Source: Mobula birostris
Taxonomy: Eukaryota
Length of the DNA: 64,000 nucleotides
Direction: 5' to 3'
Assembly: GCF_030028105.1 (NCBI RefSeq)
Contig: NW_027278339.1
Span: 62,001 to 126,000 of the forward strand
Positions 34,101-45,949 of this stretch are shown here, piece by piece. The notes under the pieces are model-generated. The model was not told where the DNA came from, ran no database searches, and worked only from the letters and a program-made list of their open reading frames with translations. Within the stretch, counting starts at the first letter, position 1. Each line of letters opens with the position of its first letter. Made by a program: the position numbers and the translations under genes.

Positions 34101-37100
34101 GTAGATTCCGTGGATGTAATAAAGACACCCGGATGGTATGTTGCCTCCCAGGTGCCAGGGTCCGGATGTCTCGGAGCAGATCCACTGTATTCTAAAGGGG
34201 CAGGGCGAACAGCTGGAAGTCGTGGTACATATTGGTATCAATAGCATGGGTTGGGAAAAAGGAGGAGAGGCTGAAGAGGGAATGTAGGGAGTTAGGCAGA
34301 GAGCTGAAAAGCAGGACTTCTAGGGTAGTCACCTCTGGATTGCTGTCTGTGCTTAGTGCCAGTGTGGGTGAGAATGGGATGATTTGGCAGATGAGTGTGC
34401 GGCTGAAGAATTGGTGCAGGTGGCAGGGTTTCAGATTTTTGTATCGTTGGGAATTCTTCTGGAAAATGACCTGGACAAAAGGATATGTTACACCTAAACC
34501 TAAGGGGAACCAGTATCCTTGCCTGACAGGTTTGCTAGAGCTGTTGGGGAGGGGTTAAACTAATTTGGCAAGGGAATGAGAACCGGAGTGGAAGGGCTGA
34601 GGCTGGGGCAGCTCATGTACAAGTAGATGCAGTGAGACTGTGAGGAAGGACAGGCAGGTGATGGAGCAAAAATGCAGTCAGTGGGATGAGTTGGTGTAAC
34701 ATGGGGGTAGAATCGAAAATGGTGATGAACACAGGACTGAAGGTATTATATCTGAATGCACTCAGTATACGGAGTGAGGTAGATGATCTTGTAACACGGT
34801 TAGAGATTGACAGGTATGACTGGGGGCATCACCCAGTCATAGCTGAAAGAAAATCACAGTTGGAAGCGTTACATCAAGGATACATGTTGTATCGAAAGGA
34901 CAGGTGGGTAGGCAGAGGTGGTGGGGTACCTCTGGTGGTTTAAAAAGAATGAAATCAAATCATAAGGAGGAGGTGACATAGGATCGGATGATGTAGAATT
35001 CCTGTGGATAGAGTTAAGAAACTGCAGGCTAAAAGACCCTGATGGGAGTTATATACAGTACAAGTCTCCAAGTAGCTAGGATGGGGGATACAAATTGCAA
35101 TGGCAGATAGAAAAGGCATGTAAAACAGGCAATATGACAATAGTCATGGGGCATTTCAATATTGGGAAAATCAGGTTGGTGCTGATTTTCGATCCCAAGA
35201 GAAGGAATTTATAGAATGCCTATGGGATGACTTTTTAGAGCAGCTTGTGGTTGAGCCCACTAGGGGGAAAGGCAATTCTGGTTTGGGTGTTGTGTAATGA
35301 AGCAAATTTAATTAGAGAGCTTAAGGTAAAAGAGCCCTTAGGAGGCTGTATAGAATTCCCTGCAGTTTGAGACAGAGAAGATAAAGTCAGATATATCAGT
35401 ATTACAGTAAAGTAAAGGGAATTTCAGAGGCATGAGAGAGGAGTTGGCTAACATTGATTGCAAGAGGACACTAGCAGGGATAATGGCAGAACAGCAATGG
35501 CTGGAGTTTTGGGGGCAATTCAGAAGATGTAGGATGGAAGAAGTATTCAAAAGGGAGAATGAAGAAACCATGGCTGACAAGAGAAGTCATAATCAGCATA
35601 AAAGGAACAGTGAGGGCATATAATAGAGCAAAAATTAGGGGGAAGTTAGAGGATCGAGAAGCTTTTAAAATCCAACAGATGGCAACTAAAAACCGATAAG
35701 GAGAGAAAAGATGAAATATGAAGGGTAGCTAACCAGTAATATCAAAGAAGATACCAAAATGCTTTTCAGATATATAAAACGCATAAGAGAGGTGAAAATG
35801 GATATCGGACTACAGGAAAATAATGCTGGAGAGATAGTAATGGGGACAAAGAAATAACAAACAAACTTAATAAGCATTTTGTATTGGTCTTCACTGTGGA
35901 AGACACTAGCACTATGCCCAACGATTGAGAGTATCAGGGGTTAGAAGTGCTATTACCAAGGAGAAGGTGCTTGGGAGGCTGAAAGATCTGAAGGTGGATA
36001 AGTCACCTGGACCAGATGGGTTACACACCAGGGTTACGAAAGATGTGGCTGAAGAGATTGTGGATGTATTAGTAATGATCTTTCAAGAATCACTGGATTC
36101 TGGAATGGTTCTGGAGGGCTAGAAAAATACAAATGTCACTCCACTCTTTAAGAAGGGAGGGAGGCAGAAGAAAGGGAATTTTAAACCAATTAATACACAC
36201 GAAATGCTGGAGGAACTCAGTAGGCCAGGCAGTGGGTGAGGTGCCAGAGGATTGGAGGACAGTTAATGTTGTTCTGTTGTTTAAGAAAGGGTCTAAGAAT
36301 AAGCCAGGAAATTATAGGCCAGTGACCCTGACATCAGCAGTGGGAAAGCTATTGGAAAGTATTCTGAGGGACTGGATATATAAGTACTTGGATAGACTGG
36401 GACTGATTAAGGATAGCCAACATGGATAAGGGTAAACAGACAACTTTTCGGGCCGAGGCCCCTCATCAGGACTGGAAAAGTGAGATTAGAAGTCAGAGTA
36501 AAAAGGTGGGTGCTGGAAAGTACATAGGTGATAGGTGAAACTGGGAGAGGGGGAGGGGTGAAGTAGAGCTGGGAAATCAATCAGCGAAAGAGCTAAAGGA
36601 CTGGAGAAGGTGGGGGGGGGGGGGGTTCTGATAAGAGAGGACAGAAGACCGTGGAAGAACAGGAAGAAGAAGGAGCACCAGAGGGAGGTGATGTGCAGTT
36701 AAGGATATAAGGTGAGATAGGAGAGTGGGGTGGGGGCAGTTACCAGAAGTTTGCAAAATCGATGTTCATGCCATCAGGTTAGAAGCTACTCAGATGGAAT
36801 ATAAGGTTCTGCTCCTCCAGCCTGAGTGTGGCCTCATTGCAGCAGTAGAGGAGGCCGTGGACTGGCATGCTGGAATGGGTATGGGAGATAGACTTGAAAT
36901 GGGTGACTACCAGGAGTTCCCGCTTCTTTCTGGCGAACTGGTAGGTGCTCATCGAAGTGGTCTCCCAATCTATGTCAGGTTTCCTCAATATACAGGAGGC
37001 CACACCGGGATCACCGAATACAGTAAATGACCCCAACAGACTCACAGGTGAAGTATCGCCTCACCTGGAAGGACTGTTTGGGGCCCTGAATGGTAGTGAG

Positions 37101-40100
37101 GGAGGAGGCGTAGGGGCAGGTATGGCACTTGTTCTGCTTGCAAGGATAAGTGCCAGGAGGGAGATCAGTGGAGGGACATGAATAGACAAGGGAGTCGTGT
37201 AAGGAGCAATGCCTGTGGAAAATGGTGTGGGGGAGGTGTATGGGAGAGATGTATTTGGTGGTGGAGCCCCACTGGAAATGATGGAAGTTATGGAGAATTA
37301 TGTGCTGGGCGCAGAATCTGATGGGGTGGTAGGTGAGGATGAGAGGTACCCTGTCCCTGGTGGGGTGGCAGGTAGATGGGCTGACGGTAGACATGCATGA
37401 AGTAGAAGAGATGCGGGTGAGGACAGTGTTGATAGTGGAGGAAGGAAAGCCCCTCTCTTTGAAGAAGGAGGACATCTCATTAGTTCTAGAATGAAAAGCC
37501 TCATCCTGACAACAGATGTTGTAGAGACAGAGGAATTGAGAGAAGGGGATGGCATTTTTACAAGTGACAGGGTGGAAGAGGTATAGTCCAGGTAGCTCAA
37601 AGAATCAGTGGGATAAACTGTCTCCAGAGATCGGGAAGGTGGAGGGGGTGTCGGAAATGGACCATGTAAATTGAGGGCAGGGTGGAAACTGGAGGCAAAG
37701 TTGATGAAGTCGACGAGCTCAGCATGGGTGCAGGAAGCAGCATTAATGCAGTCGCCGATGTAGCGTAGGAAAAGTTGGGGCGTGATGCCAATGTAGGCTT
37801 GAGCATTGACTGTTCTAAACCAGTTAGCCTGACTTCAGTCATTGGGAAGATGTTGGAATTCATAATTAAGGATGAGGCTTTGGGGTACTTGGAGGTGCAT
37901 GATAAAATAGGTTGAAATCAACATGGTTTCCTTAAGGGAAATCTTACCTGACAAAGGAGAGTCAGTGAGTATTTTTTTACTTGGATTTTCAGAAGTTTTT
38001 GACAAAGTACTGCATATGAGGCTGCTTAAATTAAGAGCCCATGGGATTACAGAAAAGATACTAGCATGGATAGAAGATTAACTGACTGGCAGAAGACAAA
38101 GAGTGGGAATAAAGGGAACCTTTTCTGATTGGCTGCTGGTCACTTGTGGTGTTCAGAAGGGGTCAGTGTTGGGACTGCTTTTTGTGTTATATGTCAGTGA
38201 TTTTGATTATGGAATTAATGGCTTTGTGGCCAAGTTTGTAGATGATACAAAGGTCGGTGGAGGGGCAGGTGGTGGTGAGGAAGCAGGGTGTCTGCAGAGG
38301 ACTTGGACAGCTTTGGAGAATGGGCAAAGAAGTGGCAGATTGAACATAGTGGATGGAAGTGTAGGGTCATGCATTTTGGTAGAAGGAATACAGATGTAGA
38401 TTATTTTCTAAACAGAGAAATAATTCAAAAATCAGAGGTGCAAAAGGACTGGAGAGTCCTTGTGCAGGATTCCTTAAAGGTCAACTTTCAAGTTGAGTTG
38501 GTGGTAAGGAAGGCAAATGCACTGGGCGGCATGGTAGTGTAACGGTTAAGTCCGACACAATTACAGCTTGGGAGCTCCGGAGTTTGGAGTTCAGTTCCTG
38601 TGCTGTTCTGTCAGGAGTCTCTGTACGTCCTCCCCATGGAATGTGTGGGTTTTCTCTGGGTGCTCTGGTTTCCTCCCACAGCCCAGAGATGTGCTAGGTA
38701 GGTGAATAGGTCATTGTAAATTGTCCCGTGATTGGATTAGGGTTAATCGGTGGAGGTAAGTCTAAGGCTTTAGACGGCATTGGTGAGACCACATGTAGAG
38801 TATCATGGCTAATTTTGGGCCCCTTATCTAAGAAAAGATGTGCTGGTTTTGGAGAGGGTCCGGAGAAGATTCATGAGAACAATCCCAGGAATGAAAAGGT
38901 TACATATAGAATCACAGAAATAGGCCATTCAGCCCATCTAGTCCATGACAAACCATTAATCTGCTTAGTCCTATCGACCTGCACCTAGACCATAGGCCAC
39001 CATACCTCTGCCGTCCATGAACCTTTCCAAATTAGGCCTCACCAGTGTCTTATACATCTTCAACATAACTTCCCAACTCCTGTACTCAGTACATTGATTT
39101 ATGAAGGCCAATGTACCAAAAGCTTTCTTTACGATGCTCTATACCTGTGGCAGCACTCTCAAGGCATTATGGATCTTTATTCCCAGATCCCTCTAATTTA
39201 CTGCACTTCTACCACTCACTATGTAAGATCTACCCTGGTACCCTGGTTGGTCCACCTGAAGTGTAACACCCCACACTTGTCTGCATTAAATTCCATCTCT
39301 GCCATTTTTCTAGCTGACCCCGATCCCACATCAAGATTTGATAGTCTTCCTCACTGTCCACTCCACCCCCAATCTTGATGTTATCTGCATATTTGCTGAT
39401 CCAGTTTACCACATTATCATCCAGATCGTTGGTAAATATGACAGACAACTACGGGCCCAGCACCGATCCCTGCGACACTCCACTAGTCACAGGCCTTCAG
39501 TCAGAGAAGCAGCCATTTACTATCCTTTGATGGCTTTTCCTGCAAAGCCAATGTCTATCCTGTTTACCACCTCAGCTTGAATGCCAAGCAGCTGGACCTG
39601 CCTGATGAACCACCCATTCAAGCCCTTGTCGACAACATCCACTGCCTTGCCTTTATCACCTTTTCTGGTAACTTCCTCAAAACTTACCTACCACACACAA
39701 AGCCATGTTGAATATCCCTAATCAGTCCCAGGCTATCCAAGTACTTGTATATCCAGTCCCTTAGAATACCTTCCCACTGCTGATGTCAGGCTCACCAGCC
39801 AATAATTTCCTGCCTTATTCTTAGGGCTTTTCTTAAACAACAGAACAACATTAACTGTCCTTCAATCCTCCGGCATCTCACCCATGGCTAAGAATGTTTT
39901 AAATATCTCTGATAGGGCTCTGCAATTTCTGCACCAGTCTCCCATAGGGTTCAAAGGAACACCTTGTCAGGCTTGGTGATCTATTCACCCTAATTTGCCT
40001 CAAGACAGCAAACACCTCCCCCTCTGTAATCTGTGTAAGGTTCATGACTTCATGGTGGCTTTGCCTCAATTCCATAGACTCTGTGTTCATCTCTCGATGC

Positions 40101-43100
40101 AAAAATCCATTTAGAGTCTCCCTCATGTCTTTCAGCTCCGAGCATAGGTTACCACTCTGACCTTCCTAAGACCAGTTTCATCCCTTGCGATCCTTTTGCT
40201 CTTAATATATTTGTAGAAGCCCTTGGGATTTTCCTTCACCTTGTCTGCTGGAGCAACATCACCTGTTCTTTTAGCCATCCTGATTTCCTCCTTGTTAAGA
40301 GGAGCGTTTGATGCCTCTGGGCCTTTACTTGCTGGAGTTTAGAAGGATGAGGGGAATCTCATTAAAACCTATTGAATGTGAAAGGCCTAGAGTGGATGGG
40401 GGGAGGATGTTTTGTATAGTGGGCAAGTCTAGATCCAGAGGGCACAGCCTCGGAATAGAGACACGTCTGTTTAGAACAGAGGGGGAGTTTTTTTAGCCAA
40501 AGGGTGGTGGAGCTGGAATTTATTGCCACGAATGGCCAAGTTGTTGAGTATATTTAAAGTGGAGGTTGATAGGCTCTTAATTAGTCAGGGAGTCAAAGGT
40601 TACAGGGAGAAGGCAGGAGAATGGGGTTGAGAGGGATAATAAATCAGCCATAGTGGAGCAGACGCGATGGGCTGAGTGGCCTCATTCCACTCCTATGTCT
40701 TACAGATTAAATTAAAGTAAGAATATACAAAAACTAATAAACAAACTGGGCAAAAAGCAAAATAGTGCGATAGTGTTGCCAGCTTCATTGACTGTTCAGC
40801 ACCTGATGGCAGAGGGAAAGAAACTGTCCCTAAAATGCTGGGTGTGAGCCTTCAGGCTCCTGTCCCTCCTCCCTGACAGCGGTATTGAGAAGAGGGTATG
40901 TCTCGGATGGTCAGGGGCCTTAGCGATGGATGCCCGCTTTCTGAGGCACCGCCTCGTGAAGATGCCCTCGACGATGGGGAAGGTTGTGCCCAGGATGGAG
41001 CTGGTTGAGTCGACAACCTTCTGCAGCTTTTTCCGACCTTGTGAATTGGAGCCTTCATACAGACGGCGATGCAGGCAGTCAGAATGCTCTCCAATGTACA
41101 TTTGCTGGGGTCTTTGGTGACACGCATATCATGTGCCTATTTAAGAACCCCTTAAATGCCTCTAGTATATCTGCATCCTCCAGTGCATTCACCACTAAGG
41201 CACATCGCTGCAGGCACTCACCGCTCTCTGTGTAAAGAAAAACTTGCCCCACGCATCTGCTTTGAGCTTATCCCCTCTAGTATTAGACATTTCCACCCCG
41301 GGATAAAGATACCGACTGTCAATTCTATCTTACAATCCCATAAACCTCTCTCAGGTCTCCCCTCAGCCTCTGCCGCTCCAGACAAAACAGCCCAGGTTTG
41401 TTTGACCTCTCCTTGTAGCTCCTGCCCTCTTAATTCAGACAGCATCCTGGTGAGCCTCTTCTGCACCCTCTCTTTATCCTTCCTGTGATGGGGTGACCAG
41501 AAATGCACACACATACTCCAGATGTGGCTGAACCAGATTTTTATAAAGCTGCAGTACAACTTCCCGGCACCTGAACTTAGCTCTTCGAGTAATGCTGTAT
41601 GCCTACTTTATCTCGTTGTCAACCTGTGTGGCCATTTTCAGGGAGCAGTAGACTTGGTCCCCAAGATCCCTCTGGACACTAACACTGTTAAGGGTCCAGC
41701 TATTAACTGTACCATACCTTTACATTTGATCTCCCAAAGAGAAACACCTCTCACTTGCCCTCATTAAACTGCATTTTCCTTTTCTCCATCCATATCTGTA
41801 ATCGATCTACACCCACCTGTATCCTTTCAGAGGGATGTGGAGGAGAGGGGCTGAGGAGGGCTGGGTTCTGTCTATGCTGACCGCTGTCTCCTGCCACAGC
41901 TGGATTTCCACAAGGGCCTGAAGGTGGAGAGGCCATTGGAGCCGAAGGCGGAGGAGGCACGCGGCGAACTGCGGGACCATGAGCGGGCAGCCCGCGAGCT
42001 GTGGGCCGAGAGGGAGCGGGAGATGGAGCGGCGGGAGAGGACGCGCTCCGAACGGGAGTGGGACCGCGACAAGGTGCGGGAGTACGAGGCCAAGGAGGGA
42101 GGCAGGGCACGTTCCCGCTCCCGATCCCGGGAACGCCGGCGCAAGGACAGACCGAAGTCCAAGGAGAAGAGGAGCGAGAGGAAAGGTGAGGGCGGCTGGT
42201 TCCCAGCCCATTGCGTTATCCCCCCCATCCGCACCACCCCTTCATTAATCATTTCAACCCTTCATTCCCCCTCACACAGAGAAAGTTCCGGAGGAGCCCC
42301 CAGCCAAACTGCTGGACGACCTGTTCCGTAAAACAAAAGCAGCCCCCTGCATTTACTGGCTCCCGCTGACCGTCGAGCAGGTGAGTGGGCAGGTCAGGGC
42401 AGCTCCCTTTCTGAGGACACTGGACACTGGGGGCTGGGGCAGAGCGAGCAGGGTTCAGTCTCAGGTCTGAGAAGTTGGGGGGTTGCGGGCAATAGTTACA
42501 GAGAGGTGGTAATTCCCACAGTCAGAGACGCTGACAGGGAGCGAGGGGAAGGGGTTCTGGTACAGGGAGAGTGGAGATGGGGGAGCATGGAGGGAGCAGT
42601 GAGGGAGGAGGGAGGGTGGATGGGCGGTCAAGAGGGGCAAATGGAGTTGGGGCGGTGAGAAGCAGCAATAAGGTGGTGAGGGGAAGTGAGGAGGGAGCTC
42701 AGTGCCCCGGGATGCGGGAGGAGACTGGAGCACTCCGGGATCCCACCTGGTCACAGGGAGAATGTGCAAACTCCACACAGGCAGCAGCAGAGGTGGGGAC
42801 CGAACTTAGGTGTCTGGGACTTGGAGGCAGCGGATATACCCACTGAGTTACTCACACCCCTGAAACCAGGTTAGGAGGGAAGATCCGGGATGGTTGTTGA
42901 ATGGATAGGCAGATTGGGAGGGTACAGGGTACTGAACCACTGGTGACTGTGTGTGGGGACCCTTGGGGAAGAGTGATCACTACAAAAGCATGGTTTCTCA
43001 TTGAAAGGTCTGATAACAACAGGATAGGAAGGGGTGTGGGAACAATATGGAGAGGGCAGAGGATTCACCGGGAAGCTAGAGCACAGGGTTAATAGCAGGA

Positions 43101-45510
43101 TTCTTAGCAATGTGGAGGAATAGACAGATCTTGGGGGAAAATTCCATAGATTCCTTGAGGTTGTCATGCAGATTGATGGAGTCGATAGAAGGCTTATGGT
43201 GTTTTGGCTTTTGTTAGGCGGGAGTTGAGTGCAAAAGCCAAGAGGTAATCTTGCAGTTCTGTAAAACTGTGGTTGGACCACGCTTGGAATATTATGTTCA
43301 ATCTTAGTCTTCAGAGAGGGTGCGGGAGAGATTTACCAGGATGCTGCCTAGATTAGAGAGCATCTCTTATGGGGAAAGGTTGAGCAAATTAGGGCTTTTC
43401 TCTTTGGAGTGAAGGAGGATGAGAGGAGACTGACAGAGTGGACAGCCAGGGACCTTTTCGCAGCGTGGAAAAGCTGATACCGGAGAGCATCATTTTAAGG
43501 TGACTGGAGGAGAGCATAGGGGGATGTCAGAGGTAGGTTTTTTACACAGAGAGTGGTGGGTGTGTGGAATGCCCTGCCAGGGGTGACAGTAGAGACCAAT
43601 ACATTAGGGACTCTTAGATAAGTGAAATGGAGGGCTCTGTTGGGGGAGGAAGGGTTAGATTGATCTTTCAGTAGGTCAAAAGGATGACACAACATCGTGG
43701 GCCAAAGAGCCTGGGACTGTGCTATAATGTTCTCAGTTCTATTTTGCCCGGAATGAAGGCTGAACAGGCTGGGATTGTTCTCTGTGGAGTGAAAGAGGCT
43801 GACGTTGCCCTTACAGAGGTGTGTAAAATCACTACGGGCAGAGGTAAACGATGCTCATCGTCTTTCCCCCAAGCTAGTTTGAGTCTAAAACTAGAAGGTG
43901 AGAGGAGAAAGATTTAAAAGGGACCCCCAAGGAGCAACCTTTGCACCCAGAGAGTGGTCCGTATAGGAGTTGGCGGAAGCAGGTACATTAACAATGTTTA
44001 AAAGACCATTGGACAGGTACACAGATAGGAAAGGTTTAGAGGGGAATCTGGGTTGTCAAGAACCAGTTGGCCAAAAGGCCTGTTTCTGTGCTCTGTGACC
44101 CCCTCCCCCACCACCCCGGACCCCTATGAGGCGAAGACAGGGCACTGAGCACAGGGGTTAGGACATTGTGCTGTATTTGTAGGAATACAGTGCATAGCTT
44201 TGGCCGCCCTGTCATAGGAAAGATGTTAAATTAGAAAGTGCTGAAAGGATTTATGAGGATGTTGCCAAAACTAGAGGGCCTGAGAATGCAGGCTATGTCT
44301 TTATTTCGTAGAACATTAGGAGAATGAGGAGTGATCTTGTCAAAATATTGAAAGCGAGAGGATATTGAAAACGTGGTTGATCTTTTCTCCAGTCTGTAAC
44401 AAGCTGCCAGACGAAGTGATTGAAGCAGGCACATTAGGAACATTTAAAAGACACTTGGGCAAGGACGTGGAGTCTCCCAGCTATAGGAATGGTATGATTA
44501 AGCTGGAGAAGGTACAGAAAAGTTCCTGGGACTGGGGAGGGCTGGAGTTACAAGGAGAGACTGGACAGGCTGCGGCTGTCTTCTCTGGGGTGAAGAAGGC
44601 TGAGGGGTGACTTGATACAGGTTTATAAAAATCACAAGGGGCAGAGAGAGGGTAGATAGTCATACAGGTTTAAGGCAAGAGGGGGAAGGTTCAAAGGAGA
44701 AGCTTCTTCCACGTAGAGGGTGATGAGTGCATGGATTAGAAAGGGTTTGAGGGATTTGGGTCAAATGCATGCCCATTAGCAGGAACTGGCTAAATGGGGA
44801 TCTTGGTTATCGTGGAACAGACGGGCTGAAGGGCCGGCATCTCTGCTGCGTGAGAAGTTCACTAGGGTGTAGGAGACTGTATCGAGGTATGTACGCAGGG
44901 GGAATGTGCACAGACCTTTTCCCCAGGTTGGGAAATTAAGAACTGGAAGGCACAGAGGACAGAGGGCAGCAATTTAATAGGAACCTGAGGGGCAGCTTTT
45001 CACCTAGAAGGTGGCCTGTAAATGGAACGAGCTGCTGGAGGAAGTGGTTCAGGCAGGTACAATAACAACATTTAAAAGACACTTAAGACGGGTTCATGCA
45101 CAGGAAAGGTTTAGAGGGATCTGGGCCAAACGCGGGCAGATGGGACGAGCCGAACCGAGGTAACCGTCCTACCCTGGGGACGAGAGGTGGAGGGACGGGG
45201 CAGGAGGGGAGTATCCCTGACCCAGGTGCTGGTGTGTTTGTGCCGGCAGATCGTGCGTAAGGAGATGGAGCGGGCGGACCGCGCCCGAGAGCGGGAGAAG
45301 CGGCGGAAGGAGCAGGAGGAGGAGGAGAGGAAGCGGGAGGAGGAGCGGAAGGAACGAGCCAAGGAGCGGGCCAAGGAACGGGAGAAGGAGGCGGAGCGGG
45401 GCCGCGAGTCCGAGAGGAAGCGGGAGCACAGCCGGGGTCGGGAACGCCGGGAGACCAAGAGACACAGCCGGAGCCGCAGCACGTCCAGGCGAGACCACAG
45501 CCGGCGCTGA
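7152..45510 (+). CDS. ACIN1: ACIN1 (Acinus), short SAP-less isoform model, 12 coding exons, 548 aa
   Basis: join(7152-7168,12914-13025,18140-18182,28832-28965,29242-29412,29729-29888,30073-30218,32106-32213,32945-33052,41900-42185,42280-42380,45250-45510) = 1647 nt; all introns GT-AG with consistent phases. Contains [16 protein letters not shown], the RRM ([19 protein letters not shown]...[12 protein letters not shown]), the DELD caspase site, the RSB motif ([21 protein letters not shown]) and an RS/RE-rich tail. Confidence 0.93.
8500..10550 (-). mobile_element. Decayed CR1 LINE ORF2
   Basis: [29 protein letters not shown]; [17 protein letters not shown]; QGSVLG. Confidence 0.9.
12560..12790. 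repeat. 30-bp minisatellite (CAGGGTCTGTGTATCTGAGGAATGTAA-like)
   Basis: Tandem copies just upstream of the ACIN1 exon at 12914. Confidence 0.85.
12914..13025 (+). CDS. ACIN1: ACIN1 exon ([12 protein letters not shown]...DKRE)
   Basis: Acceptor ccccgacag|, donor GAG|gtaaga; positionally equivalent to the human EEKEEVTMDTS...EEKKE exon; internal gccATGg at 12933. Confidence 0.8.
13460..14900. repeat. C-rich degenerate minisatellite (TTCATCCCCGTCCCCGTCTACACCCCC)n
   Basis: Direct tandem iteration with higher-order duplications. Confidence 0.92.
15640..16610 (+). repeat. Diverged ~130-bp tandem repeat, about 8 copies, core GATGGTCACACGTTGTGG
   Basis: Core recurs near 15682, 15814, 15951, 16081, 16200, 16327, 16460 and 16572. 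Confidence 0.85.
16958..17357 (+). other. Candidate ACIN1 alternative (poison) exon
   Basis: Branch-like TGACTAAC 16919-16926, CAG acceptor 16955-16957, 130 codons open in ACIN1 phase 0, TGA 17348-17350, donor CAG|gtgtga at 17357. Confidence 0.45.
18140..18182 (+). CDS. ACIN1: ACIN1 43-nt exon ([14 protein letters not shown])
   Basis: Matches human [14 protein letters not shown]; ttgcag| and |gtgagt. Confidence 0.93.
18380..19090. repeat. 52-bp minisatellite (GGGAGTGTGTGATGGGACGGTGTGGAGGGAGCTTCACTCTGTGTCTGACCCC)n
   Basis: About 13 tandem copies; same family at 28535-28730 and 48170-48720. Confidence 0.95.
19090..24430. mobile_element. CR1 LINE fragments (plus 19090-20735; minus 20740-24430, split by a Tc1 element)
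   Basis: Endonuclease motif VVAITETWL; RT motifs [13 protein letters not shown] and QHGF; 3' end TRGHSLKL. Confidence 0.85.
21348..22836 (-). mobile_element. Tc1/mariner DNA transposon, both ends present, transposase disrupted
   Basis: TIRs CAGTGCCTATAAA...TTTATAGGCACTG (long, about 200 bp), TA on both sides; transposase motifs [27 protein letters not shown]. Confidence 0.95.
25417..26360 (-). mobile_element. Truncated Tc1-like transposon, second family
   Basis: [15 protein letters not shown] catalytic-region motif; one terminus TACGGTTGCAAGAAAAAGT. Confidence 0.85.
26370..27232 (-). mobile_element. hAT transposon remnant (C-terminal dimerisation domain)
   Basis: [13 protein letters not shown]...[16 protein letters not shown]...DDLMSI resembles the hAT dimerisation motif. 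Confidence 0.75.
27930..28200 (+). mobile_element. V-SINE/HE1-like SINE; related copies at 38522-38755 (+) and 42690-42850 (-)
   Basis: Conserved core TCCGGTTTCCTCCCACAGTCCAAAGAC...TTGGTCATTGTAAATTGTCCC. Confidence 0.75.
28832..28965 (+). CDS. ACIN1: ACIN1 exon (RKRRWGSS...SITTESLK)
   Basis: Conserved Acinus motif, canonical splice sites. Confidence 0.95.
29242..29412 (+). CDS. ACIN1: ACIN1 exon (NLMPEMKP...LKIRRTVTQ)
   Basis: Similarity to Acinus, phase 0-0. Confidence 0.93.
29729..29888 (+). CDS. ACIN1: ACIN1 acidic exon ([10 protein letters not shown]...ELKK)
   Basis: Similarity to Acinus; ccccag| and G|gtgagt. Confidence 0.9.
30073..30218 (+). CDS. ACIN1: ACIN1 exon (RRSISQQK...VHICNL), start of RRM
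   Basis: Near-identical to Acinus, canonical sites. Confidence 0.95.
30240..31570. repeat. Homogeneous 50-bp minisatellite (GGTCAGACTCACACCAGGAACACCGTGCTGTTCCTATTTCAGTATCCGTG)n, about 26 copies
   Basis: Exact 50-bp period at 30601/30651 etc.; begins about 20 nt after an ACIN1 donor. Confidence 0.97.
32106..32213 (+). CDS. ACIN1: ACIN1 RRM exon
   Basis: [36 protein letters not shown]. Confidence 0.97.
32945..33052 (+). CDS. ACIN1: ACIN1 RRM exon
   Basis: [36 protein letters not shown]. Confidence 0.97.
33480..40705 (+). mobile_element. Near full-length decayed CR1 LINE with nested insertions
   Basis: ORF1 esterase-like region near 34070-34550; ORF2 start [13 protein letters not shown]; RT at 35925-36130 and 37815-38900; 3' end resumes at about 40298. 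Confidence 0.85.
36430..37815 (-). mobile_element. Penelope-like retroelement fragment (RT C-terminus and GIY-YIG region)
   Basis: [11 protein letters not shown]...[10 protein letters not shown]...[14 protein letters not shown]...[13 protein letters not shown]; terminal pieces of the same family at 54327-54425 and 63160-63600. Confidence 0.75.
40790..41130 (-). mobile_element. Rex1/Babar-like LINE 3' fragment; similar pieces at 8180-8470, 46340-46680, 55200-55800 and 56380-56930
   Basis: [11 protein letters not shown]...KKLQKVV...[32 protein letters not shown]. Confidence 0.75.
41900..42185 (+). CDS. ACIN1: ACIN1 exon (LDFHKGL...[15 protein letters not shown]...ERK)
   Basis: Conserved Acinus sequence, canonical sites. 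Confidence 0.95.
42280..42380 (+). CDS. ACIN1: ACIN1 RSB-motif exon
   Basis: [30 protein letters not shown]. Confidence 0.97.
42870..45150 (+). mobile_element. Cluster of 5'-truncated CR1 3' ends
   Basis: Repeated CR1 3' motifs, e.g. [20 protein letters not shown]. Confidence 0.75.
45250..45510 (+). CDS. ACIN1: ACIN1 last coding exon (RE/RS-rich), stop TGA
   Basis: ccggcag|ATC GTG CGT...[15 protein letters not shown]. Confidence 0.93.
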   Translation: MVRKEMERADRAREREKRRKEQEEEERKREEERKERAKERAKEREKEAERGRESERKREHSRGRERRETKRHSRSRSTSRRDHSRR

Positions 45511-45943
45511 CCCCCAAGGGCCAAGTGTCTGCCTACCCCACCACTCCACCCTGAGGAGAGGGGACAGGGGGGAGAGAAAATGGGCTCCCATGGCCCTCCC
45601 ACCTGCCCACCGTAGTTTACTTTCTGAGGAGTGTACTGTATCGTTTGGGCCCCCTCCCCATGGTGCCCAGGGAATGGCAGGGTGGGGAAAGGGTCTCACC
45701 GAGGTTGAGGTAACACAGTGATCTGTGGGCTACCCCCACCTCTTCCCCGGTCACAGAGGGCCTGGGAGGGCAGAAGCCTCTCCATGTACTCTGTCAGGTC
45801 GGGGGCCCTGCTGAGCATCCGGAGCGCTCGAGCGCACGGTCCCCGTCCCCTCCCCTTTCTGGTGGTAGAGGGAGAGGGAGGACCTTGGCCCTTCCTGTTC
45901 CCCATATCTGTTTTTACATTCTGCCTTTTCTTTTTCGATGTCA

Positions 45944-45949
45944 AATAAA
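45944..45949 (+). terminator. ACIN1 polyadenylation signal
   Basis: AATAAA about 430 nt after the stop, followed by GT-rich sequence. Confidence 0.75.
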
